NCBI GenBank assembly: GCA_049319825.1
Contig: JBMORT010000008.1
Coordinates: forward strand, 12,331 to 76,330
Length of the DNA stretch: 64,000 nt
From: Patescibacteria group bacterium
Lineage (GTDB): Bacteria > Patescibacteriota > Patescibacteriia > UBA11705 > DATKZF01
Direction: 5' to 3'
Notes under the pieces: generated by a model
Databases searched by the model: none
What the model was told of the DNA's origin: nothing
Seen by the model: only the letters and a program-made list of their open reading frames with translations
Shown: piece after piece, positions 49,759 to 60,100 of the stretch
Layout of the letters: each line of letters opens with the position of its first letter
Position numbering within the stretch: the stretch's first letter is position 1
Position numbers and translations under genes: made by a program

Positions 49759-50382
49759 ATGCAAAATTTAACAAATAAAATCCAAGAATTGAAAAAATCG
49801 CCGGTTAAAAATCAAATTGACCGGCGGATTTCGGAATTTAAAAAAGCGGGCAGAGGATCGGATGATGAGGTTTTTAAGGAATTATGTTTTTGTCTGCTGA
49901 CCGCCAATTCCACGGCCCGGCAGTGCCTCCGGGTTCATTCTCTGGTCGGCGATGGGTTTTTAAATTTGCCCGAAAATAAATTGCAAAAAGTTTTAAAGCA
50001 ATGCGGCGCCAGGTTTCATACTAAGCGCGCCCATTATATCGCCCTGGCGCAAAAGCATAAGAATGAGTTGAAGGAGTTAATGAAAAAGCTGAATGAATTT
50101 GAATTGCGGAACTGGTTGGTTGAAAATATCAAGGGGTTGGGGTGGAAAGAAGCCAGCCATTTTCTCCGCAATATTGGCTATGATGACTTGGCCATCATTG
50201 ACTTTCACATTATCGATATTTTGGAAAAAGAAGGCTTGATCGAGCGGCCAAAATCTTTGAATAAGAAAAATTATTTGGAAATTGAAAATATTTTGCGCCA
50301 GATCGGGCAGAAGGCCGGATTGAATCTGGCTGAGCTTGATTTGTATTTATGGTATCTGGAAACTAATACCGTTTTGAAATAA
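49759..50382 (+). CDS. 8-oxoguanine N-glycosylase/DNA lyase (OGG2/Thermotoga-archaeal type)
   Basis: ELCFCLLTAN, KGLGWKEASHFLRNIG, AIIDFHI, LDLYLWY. Confidence 0.9.
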   Translation: MQNLTNKIQELKKSPVKNQIDRRISEFKKAGRGSDDEVFKELCFCLLTANSTARQCLRVHSLVGDGFLNLPENKLQKVLKQCGARFHTKRAHYIALAQKHKNELKELMKKLNEFELRNWLVENIKGLGWKEASHFLRNIGYDDLAIIDFHIIDILEKEGLIERPKSLNKKNYLEIENILRQIGQKAGLNLAELDLYLWYLETNTVLK

Positions 50383-50514
50383 TTAAACGGTCGGGGAACA
50401 GAATAAAATATTTTAAAACCGCCCCGCCGATAATAATTGATCAGTCAATTTGAAAATTTGATTGATCGGGAATATCTTTTCTTTATTAAAAAAGCCCTGG
50501 TTCGTGAGCCGGGC

Positions 50515-50940
50515 TTACAGGTCATAAATGACGTTTGGATCGAATGCCGCGGGCTGTTCGGTGGCAATGGCCACAGGATGCAGCCGAATCAGTCCGATGA
50601 TTTTTCCATTGTTGATATTGAGAAAAAACACTTCGGTTCCAAGTGAATACAGGTTCGGCAGATTGTTCTCCGTGTAAAACAATTCGAAGACTCGCTTGAT
50701 GTTGCTTGAGGCTCTGAAGCGAGTCATTCTGACGCTGCTGATATCGCCTGCCTTGAGCGGATAGAAAAGCTCTGCCAGATATATGCCTTGCTCGGGCATT
50801 TCCAGCGCTGAATTCTTCAGCGCGGAGAAGATTTTATCGGTTTCTTGGATTTGAATTTCCGGGCCGGCTTGCCTGGCGCGGGCACACCCGGTCAGCATAG
50901 CGACGACGATCACTGGGCACAAATACTTGGTGGGCATCAT
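50515..50940 (-). CDS. hypothetical lipoprotein
   Basis: LTGC lipobox; AAGGAGG RBS; TTGACA promoter. Confidence 0.6.
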   Translation of the reverse strand: MMPTKYLCPVIVVAMLTGCARARQAGPEIQIQETDKIFSALKNSALEMPEQGIYLAELFYPLKAGDISSVRMTRFRASSNIKRVFELFYTENNLPNLYSLGTEVFFLNINNGKIIGLIRLHPVAIATEQPAAFDPNVIYDL

Positions 50941-51037
50941 GTCCTCCTTTTTTGTTTGTTGGCAGAAATATATTATTTCATGAATTTCGGTTTGTGTCAA
51001 GATGCCCAAATTAAAAATCCAGCTTGGCTGGATGGAA

Positions 51038-51505
51038 TTAATACGATCTGTCGAGGATCAAGATTAAGTCGATTATTTTACCGTTTTTAACTTGAATTAA
51101 ATACAAGTCTTTGGAAATTCGAATATCCGGCGCGCCTCTTTTGGCCGGTCCGCGGATATTGGCAAACACAGCGTTCAGTGAGTTCACTTTTTGCCATTCG
51201 ACGATCTCATTGTCATATTCGAAAAGAAAAATTCCCGTTTTGATTTTTGATAGTGAGATATACTTTTCCGCGGCGATTCGGATCGATTCGATTTCACCCA
51301 GAACCGTTTTATGGTTTGGTATTGGCGGTTGCTCGCATTTTTTCGATTCAGCTGGCGCCGTTGCCGAAATTTGATGCTGGCATTTTTCCAACGCTTGCCG
51401 CAAAGTAATGTTTTCATTGCTGAGCGCGGTGTCTTTGGGGCACAATTTATTGCTTGGCGCGCAACCGATAAATAACCAAGCCAAGATGATCACGTGCGTC
51501 TTCAT
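51038..51505 (-). CDS. hypothetical lipoprotein
   Basis: FIGC lipobox-like; GGGAGG RBS; TTGACA promoter. Confidence 0.6.
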   Translation of the reverse strand: MKTHVIILAWLFIGCAPSNKLCPKDTALSNENITLRQALEKCQHQISATAPAESKKCEQPPIPNHKTVLGEIESIRIAAEKYISLSKIKTGIFLFEYDNEIVEWQKVNSLNAVFANIRGPAKRGAPDIRISKDLYLIQVKNGKIIDLILILDRSY

Positions 51506-51618
51506 TATGTCCTCCTTATATGCGGGGTTTAATTATTTCATAAATAATGATGTTTGTCAAACATCCAGACAGCATGATCAAAAAACGGTTTAGAAACATC
51601 TAAACCGTTTGGCGATCA

Positions 51619-51882
51619 TTAATCGCAGTTAATGTTAGTTTGAAATGAAAATCTCAGCGCCCAATTTAGTTCTGGGATTCGGATGAACCGCATGAAATCA
51701 TCCCGGAGCATGGCCGGAATGGGGTCGGATTGAGCCAGCAGTGGGTAGATGGAGACGAGGATGGAACCATCGCAATAAATGGCCGATAATCCGAATCCGT
51801 ATTGTTCAACATACTGCCGATACGTGTCCTCGATGAACGAAGCGAATTCCCGCAGCAGATCGCGGCATTCTCTGTTGGGCAT
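51619..51882 (-). CDS. hypothetical protein
   Basis: 87-aa ORF with GAGGA RBS and downstream hairpin. Confidence 0.5.
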   Translation of the reverse strand: MPNRECRDLLREFASFIEDTYRQYVEQYGFGLSAIYCDGSILVSIYPLLAQSDPIPAMLRDDFMRFIRIPELNWALRFSFQTNINCD

Positions 51883-51993
51883 CGATATCCTCGGCGTGAG
51901 TTGTTTGGGAGCTTATTTCATAATACATTTTTTAAATATATTTGTTAAGTTGAATCGCAAAATTTTAAAAAAGCCCGGTGGTGCCCGAGCTTT

Positions 51994-52557
51994 TTACTTT
52001 GATTCGATATCTCCTAGTAAATAATCGCGTGTGAATATGGCATGTAATTGGTAGCCGGCCGACTCAAGCTTCTCCCGACCGCCCTGCAACCGGTCAATGA
52101 TGCAGCAAATGCCCGCCACATTCAATCCGGCTTCTTCGATTTTGCCGCAAGCGTCGAGTGATGAGCCGCCGCTGGTGACCACGTCTTCGAGCAGCGCGAC
52201 AGATTGTCCGGCCGAAACATTGCCCAGGCCCTCGATCCATCTGGAAGTGCCGTGATCTTTTGGCTGTTTGCGAACGATCAGCGCGGGCAGGGATTTTTCC
52301 AAGGATCTTGAAGCCAAACTGACCGCCGTCACCAGCGGATCGCCGCCGAGCGTCACTCCGGCCACTGCATCAACGGACATTTTCTTAAGCATGAAAAGAA
52401 AAATCATACCCAATAATGATGCACCATCAGGATGCAGCGCCGTTTGTTTGCAGTCAATGTAATATTTGCTTTTTGCCCCGGAAGCAAGAGTAAAGTCGCC
52501 TCGAATAACGGATTTTTGGATCAGTAGACGCCTTAATGCCTCTTTGAGCACGTGCAT
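51994..52557 (-). CDS. pyrE: orotate phosphoribosyltransferase
   Basis: GDFTLASGAKSKYYIDC, VRKQPKDHG, LLEDVVTSGGS PRPP loop. Confidence 0.92.
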   Translation of the reverse strand: MHVLKEALRRLLIQKSVIRGDFTLASGAKSKYYIDCKQTALHPDGASLLGMIFLFMLKKMSVDAVAGVTLGGDPLVTAVSLASRSLEKSLPALIVRKQPKDHGTSRWIEGLGNVSAGQSVALLEDVVTSGGSSLDACGKIEEAGLNVAGICCIIDRLQGGREKLESAGYQLHAIFTRDYLLGDIESK

Positions 52558-52685
52558 TTATCCCTCCTTGATTTGCCGCGGATTAAATGCCATTTAAGCT
52601 TATCGCGGCTTTTATTAAATGTCAAAAGTTGTATGAATTCGTAATTCTTTGTAATATGATGAATAGCGATATAAATTCGTAATTT

Positions 52686-53816
52686 ATGGAATTTCAGATC
52701 CAAAGACAATCGAAAAATTCGAAAGCTCGTTTAACTGAGTTTAAAACCGCTCATGGCGTCATTTCCGGTCCATTTTTTATGCCCATTGCCACCAAGGGCG
52801 CGGTTAAGCATTTGACTTATGAAGATTTGGCACAGCTCGAAGCGCAAATTATTTTATCCAATACTTATCATCTCCTCCTTAAACCCGGACAGGATTTGAT
52901 GAATAATTTCGGTGGTTTGCATGAAATGATGAAATGGGATGGACCAATTTTGACAGACAGCGGCGGATTTCAAGTCTTCTCTTTGGCCAAGATCAGAAAG
53001 TTATCTGAGCAAGGTGTTGAATTCGCTTCTCACATTGACGGCTCGAAGGTCATGCTGACTCCGGAAAAATCAGTTGAAATGCAAATGGCCGTCGGCTCTG
53101 ACATTATGATGGCGCTGGATGTTTGCACAGAACTGCCGGCGACGAAAGAAAAGCTCGAGGAGGCGCTGGATATGACTTTTAAATGGGCGAAGAAGTGTAA
53201 AAGGTTTTTCACCTCAGCCGGATCGGGGCGGGCCCGGCAAAAATCTGCCCTTTTTGGCATTGTCCAGGGCGGCACAGATAAAGATTTGCGTCTGAAAAGC
53301 ATTGAGCAAATAACTTCGATTGATTTTGAAGGCTATGCCATCGGCGGTTTGGCGGTGGGCGAGAGCCATCGTGAAATGTATGAAGTTTTGGATTATGCTT
53401 GCCCGGCGCTGCCCGAGGATAAGCCGCGGTATTTAATGGGAGTCGGCAAGCCTGAAAATATCATCGAAGCGGTCAAGCGCGGCGTGGACATGTTTGACTG
53501 CGTGATACCGACGCGCGAAGCGCGGCACGGCCGGTTGTATTTATTTAAGGAAGATATTGATTTTAAAAATTTAATGGCTGCGAAATTAAAGGCTGACAAA
53601 GATTTTTATTACGCGATTAATATTAAAAGCGAGCCGTTCAAAGAGGATTTTTCGCCGATTAATTCTGAAAGCAAATTTAAAATATTGCGAAATTATTCAA
53701 AAGCCTATTTGAGGCACTTATTCGATGTCGAGGAGCCGCTGGCTCAGCGTCTGGCGACGCTGAACAACCTTGAGTTTTTCTTGGAGTTAATGAAACGAAT
53801 TCGCAATCGTTTGTGA
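52686..53816 (+). CDS. tgt: tRNA-guanine(34) transglycosylase
   Basis: SNTYHL, TDSGGFQVFSL, GIVQGG, GGLAVGE, PRYLMGVG, DMFDCV. Confidence 0.95.
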   Translation: MEFQIQRQSKNSKARLTEFKTAHGVISGPFFMPIATKGAVKHLTYEDLAQLEAQIILSNTYHLLLKPGQDLMNNFGGLHEMMKWDGPILTDSGGFQVFSLAKIRKLSEQGVEFASHIDGSKVMLTPEKSVEMQMAVGSDIMMALDVCTELPATKEKLEEALDMTFKWAKKCKRFFTSAGSGRARQKSALFGIVQGGTDKDLRLKSIEQITSIDFEGYAIGGLAVGESHREMYEVLDYACPALPEDKPRYLMGVGKPENIIEAVKRGVDMFDCVIPTREARHGRLYLFKEDIDFKNLMAAKLKADKDFYYAINIKSEPFKEDFSPINSESKFKILRNYSKAYLRHLFDVEEPLAQRLATLNNLEFFLELMKRIRNRL

Positions 53817-53929
53817 TCTCATTTCGCCAGGCAATGGAAATAGGTGATATGAAATTCGGTCGCAGTTCTCTTTGCTGCTTTTGCCTTTCGAAAAAAAACA
53901 GGGGAAAATTCCCTTGTTTTTTATCACAT

Positions 53930-54745
53930 TTAAGCGGCTTTTTCTTCTCCGAGTATCGCGTCAAGTTTGGCCTCCAGTTCTCGCGGCGGACTGGTGATAA
54001 TATCTTCGATGGCTCGAATGGCGCTTAGCTGATCGGGCGTCAGCCGAATTATTTTTTCCGTGGTGCCCGAATGTCTTTTCATTATTTTTTTGATTATCCG
54101 ATCGATATTTTTTATATGTCCGGCCGCCGTTTTGAATTTTTCTTTTTCATCGGTTTTTTTTCGCAGCGTATCGTGTAAATCTTCGACAGTTTCAAACAGA
54201 TCTCTGATGACTTCTTCTTTATTATTTTCCATCTGGCGCGTTATTTCCGCGATCCTGTCAGAGCTGGCCTCTTTTTCGCGCTCAAAGCGACGTAAGTCTT
54301 CAACCGATATTCCCGTTCTGACCACCGGTGGCAGTGAAGCGTTTTCCGGTCCGAAGATTATTTTTTCCTTTTCGGCCACCTCCGCCGCGATTATCCTATC
54401 CAATGCGCCCCGGCGGGTTTTCGATTTTAATGCCCGCTGAGAAGATGTTTCAGCGATGGCCTGAGTATCTTCGATGGCCGCCGCGGCCAGCGCCCTCCCT
54501 CGTTCGCTGATGGCGTCCAATTGATACTTGGTGGCTGAATCGTATTCCCGCGAACCGCGCGTTTCTTCCAGATCGCGCAGCGACGAATTGATGTTGATTG
54601 TCTGCGCATCGGCTATTCTATCCAGATCAATTTTTTTTTCCGCCACTATTTCAGCTTGTTCTTGGCGAGTGGTGATTTCTTCTGGCTTTTCAGCCGGCCG
54701 CGAATGCCTGATGGGTTTGTCTGATATGACCATATTATTCTTCAT
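53930..54745 (-). CDS. hypothetical charged coiled-coil protein
   Basis: 271-aa ORF overlapping the stop of the upstream small gene. Confidence 0.65.
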   Translation of the reverse strand: MKNNMVISDKPIRHSRPAEKPEEITTRQEQAEIVAEKKIDLDRIADAQTININSSLRDLEETRGSREYDSATKYQLDAISERGRALAAAAIEDTQAIAETSSQRALKSKTRRGALDRIIAAEVAEKEKIIFGPENASLPPVVRTGISVEDLRRFEREKEASSDRIAEITRQMENNKEEVIRDLFETVEDLHDTLRKKTDEKEKFKTAAGHIKNIDRIIKKIMKRHSGTTEKIIRLTPDQLSAIRAIEDIITSPPRELEAKLDAILGEEKAA

Positions 54746-54920
54746 TAATTTGTTTTTGCGTTTGTTTTATTTCTTCCGCTTCTGATTTTTTTTGAAAATC
54801 CTTGATGATTTGCAGCTGTCTTTTCTTGAGCAGCGCCATTTCTTTTTGAAATTTTCCCCAGGCTTCTTCGAGCGCTTTAATTTTCGCGTCATTTAAAGAA
54901 TGGTTTTGCGATTTATTCAT
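54735..54920 (-). CDS. small coiled-coil protein (61 aa)
   Basis: Similar to 60834-60986 (AW..F......L.K.QL...IKQ.Q..I). Confidence 0.65.
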   Translation of the reverse strand: MNKSQNHSLNDAKIKALEEAWGKFQKEMALLKKRQLQIIKDFQKKSEAEEIKQTQKQINEE

Positions 54921-55052
54921 ATGAAATAATTTTATAAAAAACTTTGAAATTGTTCGAAAAATCATAGCTATTGTTTATTTTAAAATTATTATGGCTGAAA
55001 GTCAATTATCAGTTGATTTCGCCTTAAAAAGTTGCTAAGATGTAATAAATAT

Positions 55053-55373
55053 ATGATACCTGAAAAATGGGAAGAAATAAAGGAAATGGTCAACGGTAAT
55101 TTTGAAGTGATCGAATCCGGCCGGGAGATAATCGCCGATATTCCCGGCGCCACGCTCGAATTTATGGAGTTTTTTGGGCCAATGGGACGAATGAGGATTG
55201 AATTCATTTCAAAACCCAAGATTTTGGATAAAAAAACTTTGTATTCAAACCGAGTCGGCGGTGACGTCAAAGTCGATTATGTTTATTCCGAGCAAGAACT
55301 GGTCTATCAATTCATGGCTTATCAATGGGATGAGGTGGCCGACGACTGGAAAGAAATAGAATTTAATTTATAA
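55053..55373 (+). CDS. hypothetical protein
   Basis: 106-aa ORF in operon with the next gene. Confidence 0.65.
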   Translation: MIPEKWEEIKEMVNGNFEVIESGREIIADIPGATLEFMEFFGPMGRMRIEFISKPKILDKKTLYSNRVGGDVKVDYVYSEQELVYQFMAYQWDEVADDWKEIEFNL

Positions 55374-55377
55374 TCAA

Positions 55378-56253
55378 ATGATTATGAAGAAGTTACTTTA
55401 TTTGCTGTTGCTGGCGGCGATTTCGATTTCCTTGATCGGAGCCGAAGGGCGATGTCAGCGGCGGTCGGCGATGACTTCGGAACAAGTCATGGATAGGATG
55501 ACGGCGGCCATGATTGATTCGGCGAAAACTTTTCACTTGCAGGGGTTGGTCGATGTCAGCACGAATACGCCGCTTTTCGGCAGCGCAGCCGGTGGTGGCG
55601 CGCTGAATTTCAGCTTCAATCTGGACGGTTATGTTGATCAAACGGAAAAAAGCGCCAAGGCCAAATCGGATGTCAGCGGTCAGCTCGAGACCCAAGGGGT
55701 GACTATTTCCGGAAAAGGTAAAACCATGCTGGCCGACGATTATATGTATTTATTAATCGAGCAGGCGCCGGCATTTTTTATGCCAAACGTCGAGCGCAAT
55801 GTATGGACGAAAAAGCCGTTTGCTCAGACGGAATTGACCCCGGAAGAAATGTATCAGCTCAAGCAGCTGCTGAAAAATCATCGTTTGTTTAAAGTCGCGC
55901 AGGATTTCGGAGTCGAAAAATCAAAAGCATCAACAGCGTATCATTATAAACTCGCATTTGACCGCGCTGAAGCTGTGAAATATATGGAAGACTGGGCGAA
56001 AGTGAAAAAGATGGAAGTGACACGGGACATGCGTGACGAGCTCGAGCCGCTGCTCGACCAGGCGGAAAAAATTGACGCGGAAATATGGATTGATCAGTCA
56101 AGCTTTTATATAAGCAGACTAAAAGTTAATATGCCGATCGAAGAAGATGATCAGCAGCTTGATTTCTCAGCTGATTTAACCCTTGACCAGTATAATGAAC
56201 CGGTTGAGATTTCCATCCCGGCTGATGCGAAAGAAGTATCTCCTGAATACTGA
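55378..56253 (+). CDS. secreted LppX/LprA-like beta-sheet protein
   Basis: Signal peptide; WIDQSSFY and YNEPVEISIP motifs. Confidence 0.6.
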   Translation: MIMKKLLYLLLLAAISISLIGAEGRCQRRSAMTSEQVMDRMTAAMIDSAKTFHLQGLVDVSTNTPLFGSAAGGGALNFSFNLDGYVDQTEKSAKAKSDVSGQLETQGVTISGKGKTMLADDYMYLLIEQAPAFFMPNVERNVWTKKPFAQTELTPEEMYQLKQLLKNHRLFKVAQDFGVEKSKASTAYHYKLAFDRAEAVKYMEDWAKVKKMEVTRDMRDELEPLLDQAEKIDAEIWIDQSSFYISRLKVNMPIEEDDQQLDFSADLTLDQYNEPVEISIPADAKEVSPEY

Positions 56254-56355
56254 CAATTTAATATTTTGTTAATAAATAATTAAAATAACAGCGGATTATG
56301 GAGATGGGATGGAATAAATGTTCCATGTTTCATGTTCCATGATTCATGACCAAAT

Positions 56356-57114
56356 ATGACAGCAATTATCCCGATTCTAGTCATCGTCCTGTTCATTATT
56401 TTGATCAGCTTGCGCCAGATCAATCAGTATGAGCGCGGCGTCAAATTCACCATGGGAAAATACGTGGGTATGAAAAATCCTGGCTGGAGAATCGTTCTTC
56501 CGATTTTCCAGAGCATGAAAAAGGTGGATCTGCGCATCAAAGCTGTTGACGTTCCTGAACAAAAGGCCATCACCAAAGACAATGTGTCAGTCGGCGTCAA
56601 TGCCGTGATTTATTGGAATGTATCTTCTGCGGAAAAAGCAATCCTCGAAGTCGAAAACTTTTTCTGGGCCGTTTCTCAATTAGCTCAGACTACCATGAGA
56701 AATGTCGTCGGTGAAGTCACCTTGGACGAGCTTTTAAGCTCGCGCGAAATGATTTCACAGCGAATCAAAGACATTGTTGACAAAGCCACCGATGCTTGGG
56801 GAATCAAGGTCGACAACGTCGAATTAAAAGACATAGTTTTGCCCGGCGACATGGAAAGAACTATTGCCAAGCAAGCAGAGGCGGAAAGAGAAAGAAGAGC
56901 GGTCATTATCAATGCCGAAGGCGAGCGCATTGCCGCCGAAAATATCGCCAAAGCCGCTCAGACTTTGAGCACGGCTCCGGGCGCATTGCATCTGAGAACT
57001 TTGCAGACCATAAACGACGTGTCTTCCGATCAGTCGAATACGATAGTATTCGTGGCGCCGCTTGAGGTATTGCGCGCGTTTGAAGGTTTCGCAAAAAAGG
57101 CGGAGCAAAAGTAA
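56356..57114 (+). CDS. SPFH/band 7 (slipin/stomatin) protein
   Basis: YERGVKF, ITKDNV, LAQTTMR, KQAEAERERRA. Confidence 0.93.
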   Translation: MTAIIPILVIVLFIILISLRQINQYERGVKFTMGKYVGMKNPGWRIVLPIFQSMKKVDLRIKAVDVPEQKAITKDNVSVGVNAVIYWNVSSAEKAILEVENFFWAVSQLAQTTMRNVVGEVTLDELLSSREMISQRIKDIVDKATDAWGIKVDNVELKDIVLPGDMERTIAKQAEAERERRAVIINAEGERIAAENIAKAAQTLSTAPGALHLRTLQTINDVSSDQSNTIVFVAPLEVLRAFEGFAKKAEQK

Positions 57115-57167
57115 TTGATTTTAGGAAATATAAAAAGGGGAGCGGGATGCTCCTCTTTTTGGTTTGG

Positions 57168-60100
57168 TTATTTTTTTATCTTTTTTATGGCCTTCGCGCC
57201 TATTTTCGGCGCTTTGTATTTACGCGAAGCTCGGAATGTTCTTTTATTCCAAATCGCCACGACTGGGCTTTTGCCGTCAGGATTCCAATTCGAGTAATTA
57301 TTGAAATTTGTTTCCGGTTCATTAACCAATTCGACTTTTTTGTTCTTTGAAAAGTTTTTTTGATAATACGCGGATACTGTCGGTCGGTTGGAAGATGAAT
57401 GGCTCGCGCCGTCTAACGGCAGAGCCACGATGTCAATTTTTCTTCTTTGCGCCGTTTCTTTCGCGTATTTAATAATTTCCTTTATTAGCGCGTCGCCATT
57501 TACCCGGCCCAGCAAATTTTCTCTTGGATTATTAGCCCTGATGTTTAAAACCTTTTTTCCGTCAGGCGTTTTTGTCTCGATAAATAAAACCGAACCGTCA
57601 ATGCGTTCCTGAGCTTTATTTCGATTGGTCACGATATTGATGCTGGTTATCCCCGGGAATTCGCCTTTGGCCAGCATGTCATGTTGCGAAGTGTAACACG
57701 CGTCGCCAATGTCTCCGGAAAAGACGCGCAAAAGTCCTTTGGCGGACACGAGAGCGATTTCGGTTTTTTTCTTGGTGATTTTACCTTGTTCTGATATTTG
57801 CTGCAGTTGCGCGTTTGTTTGATGTATCAGATGCTTTGCCGGATCTTCTCTTGTCTGCCAGACATCTTCCAATGTTTTACGCAATTTATTGCTGAAAGGA
57901 GAGTGATAAGCGTGATGCTGTTTTTGTTCCGGATGCAAATAATGTTCATTGATGAATTGCAATAATAAATCTGACATTTGTGAAATATCTTGCTTTGTCG
58001 CCTCGCCCTCGCCGGCGGCCAGAGAATCAAAGTGACTCCGCCAGCCGTCTGGAATGATTTTCTTAAGATGAAACGCTGACATGACCTGCAAGGCGTTTTT
58101 TGCCTCTTTGATGTCTGCCAGATCGCTCATAAATTGCACGACTTCTTCTTCGGACGCGTCTTTTTTTATTTCCAGCCCCTCTACCGCGCTTAAAGTGTTT
58201 TCCAAATTTTCAATGCTTTTTTGGATTCCTTTGTTGGCTTTGTCCGGAACTTCGCTTAATTTAGCGCGAGCTTTTTCAAGTTTTTCTGACAGCGTTCCCT
58301 TTATTAATTCCTTTTGCCCTTGCCAATAGCCATTGACATCCTCGATTTTTGATCCTTCTTTCATGGCATCGCGCAGATTTTCAAACATGGCCTGCAAGGT
58401 TTTATTTTCAAGAAGCGCATTTTCCCTTGTGTTTTTTTCTTCATCTGATATCTTGATAGCTTCAGTTTCGGAGATTTCGATCGGTTTTTCTTCATAGCCT
58501 TCTGGCAATTCGGCCAGCTGAGGGATTTCCGCCGCTGTTTTTCGCCAGACATTGATTAAGTTTGACATCGATCCCATTCCTGCCCATTTGGTAGTTCCTT
58601 TTAAAGCCCCGAGCACCTCGATTCCCAGCGCGGTATCTATTTTAGCAGGGATTTTGTCTCGGAGAAGCTCTTGTTGCAGCTTTCTTTTAAAATTTCTAAT
58701 TTCATTTATAACTCCATCCGGAGTTTTGAATTTCTCAAGACTGCCGACGGCTTCTTCCAAATTCTTTCTGGTGTTAGGCTCCAATTCGGAAAGATCTGTA
58801 ATTTTTTTTAATTCCACATAGCTGCCGCACAGCAAAGGCATATTAAACGCCCCGAATTCTTTAATGAAAGACAAAAACATTTCTCCGTCTTCTGTTTTTT
58901 CTAAAGATAGGCGGTTTTCGTCAGTCATTTGTTTTAGCAGAGGCTGAATTTCTTTTGTCCATGGGCAATGGTTTTCATTAGCTGAAAAATCTTGAATATC
59001 GCGCAATTTTATCACTGGCTTTTCCCAGGCGAGGCTGGCTAATACCTGCGGATAAGAGAATAATTTTTTCATTGATGTTTTTGACGCTGCTTCGGCCAGT
59101 TGTTTTTGCTGTTCAGGTGAAGGCGGTAATTTTCCCAGATTATTTAGAAGTTCTAAGGGATCCTCTTGGATTAATTTATTGATAAGTGTATTTTGTTGCT
59201 CGAGCGAGAGGCTTAACTTTTTCAGGGCTGAAAGCATTGCGATGGGATTTTTTTTAATCAGATTTTCGATGAGGTCATTTCGCTGTTTCTGGGAAAAGGC
59301 AAAGTCTTTCAAATGCTGAAGGAGAATGGATGGGGTTTGTTCGATAAGTTTATCGACGAGGCGACTCATTTGGTCATGGGGAATATAAATTTTCCCTATG
59401 TAATTAAGAAGTTCTGCTGGATGCTTTTGAATCAAGGCGTCTATCAGATTATTTTGTTGTTCCGGGGAAAGAGTGAGTTTGTCCAGATCGCGTAGAAGAT
59501 CGGCAGGATATTGATTTGTTAATTCATCAATAAGCCTGTTTTGCTGCTCTGGAGAAATAGTAAGTTTTGATAGAAACGACGGGACTTTTTTAGGGGAATA
59601 TATTATTAATAATTCCGCAAATTCTTCTTGCGTTACGGCAAGCTTTTGAAGATTTTCGAACGCGGTTTCGGGGTCGCGTTGTATAAATCGGTGGATATTT
59701 TCTTTTATTTCCTCGGGTTTTAAATTAAGTTTGTCAGAAAATTTTAATACGGCGATAAAATGGTAACGTATCAGCGTATCTTTGATTTTTTCTAAATCTT
59801 CAGGTGAGAGAACCTTTATCAAATTTTCTACATAATGGCTTCCGCCATATGGTTTCCATATGTTGAGTACTTTGCTAATAATTTTTTCTTTTTGATCGGC
59901 GGAAATTCCCTTTCGTCCCAGATGGTCTATTAAGGAATCCGCGTTTTTATCTATCGCGCGATCTACTAATTCATTTTCCGAAATACCAAAAGCGGCTAGA
60001 TTTGTAAAAATGTTATCAATTTTTCCATTTATAATACATCGATCAATAAGATCAGACTTTTGCTCAGGTGATAAATTAAAGTTTGTTATGTTTTTTGATA

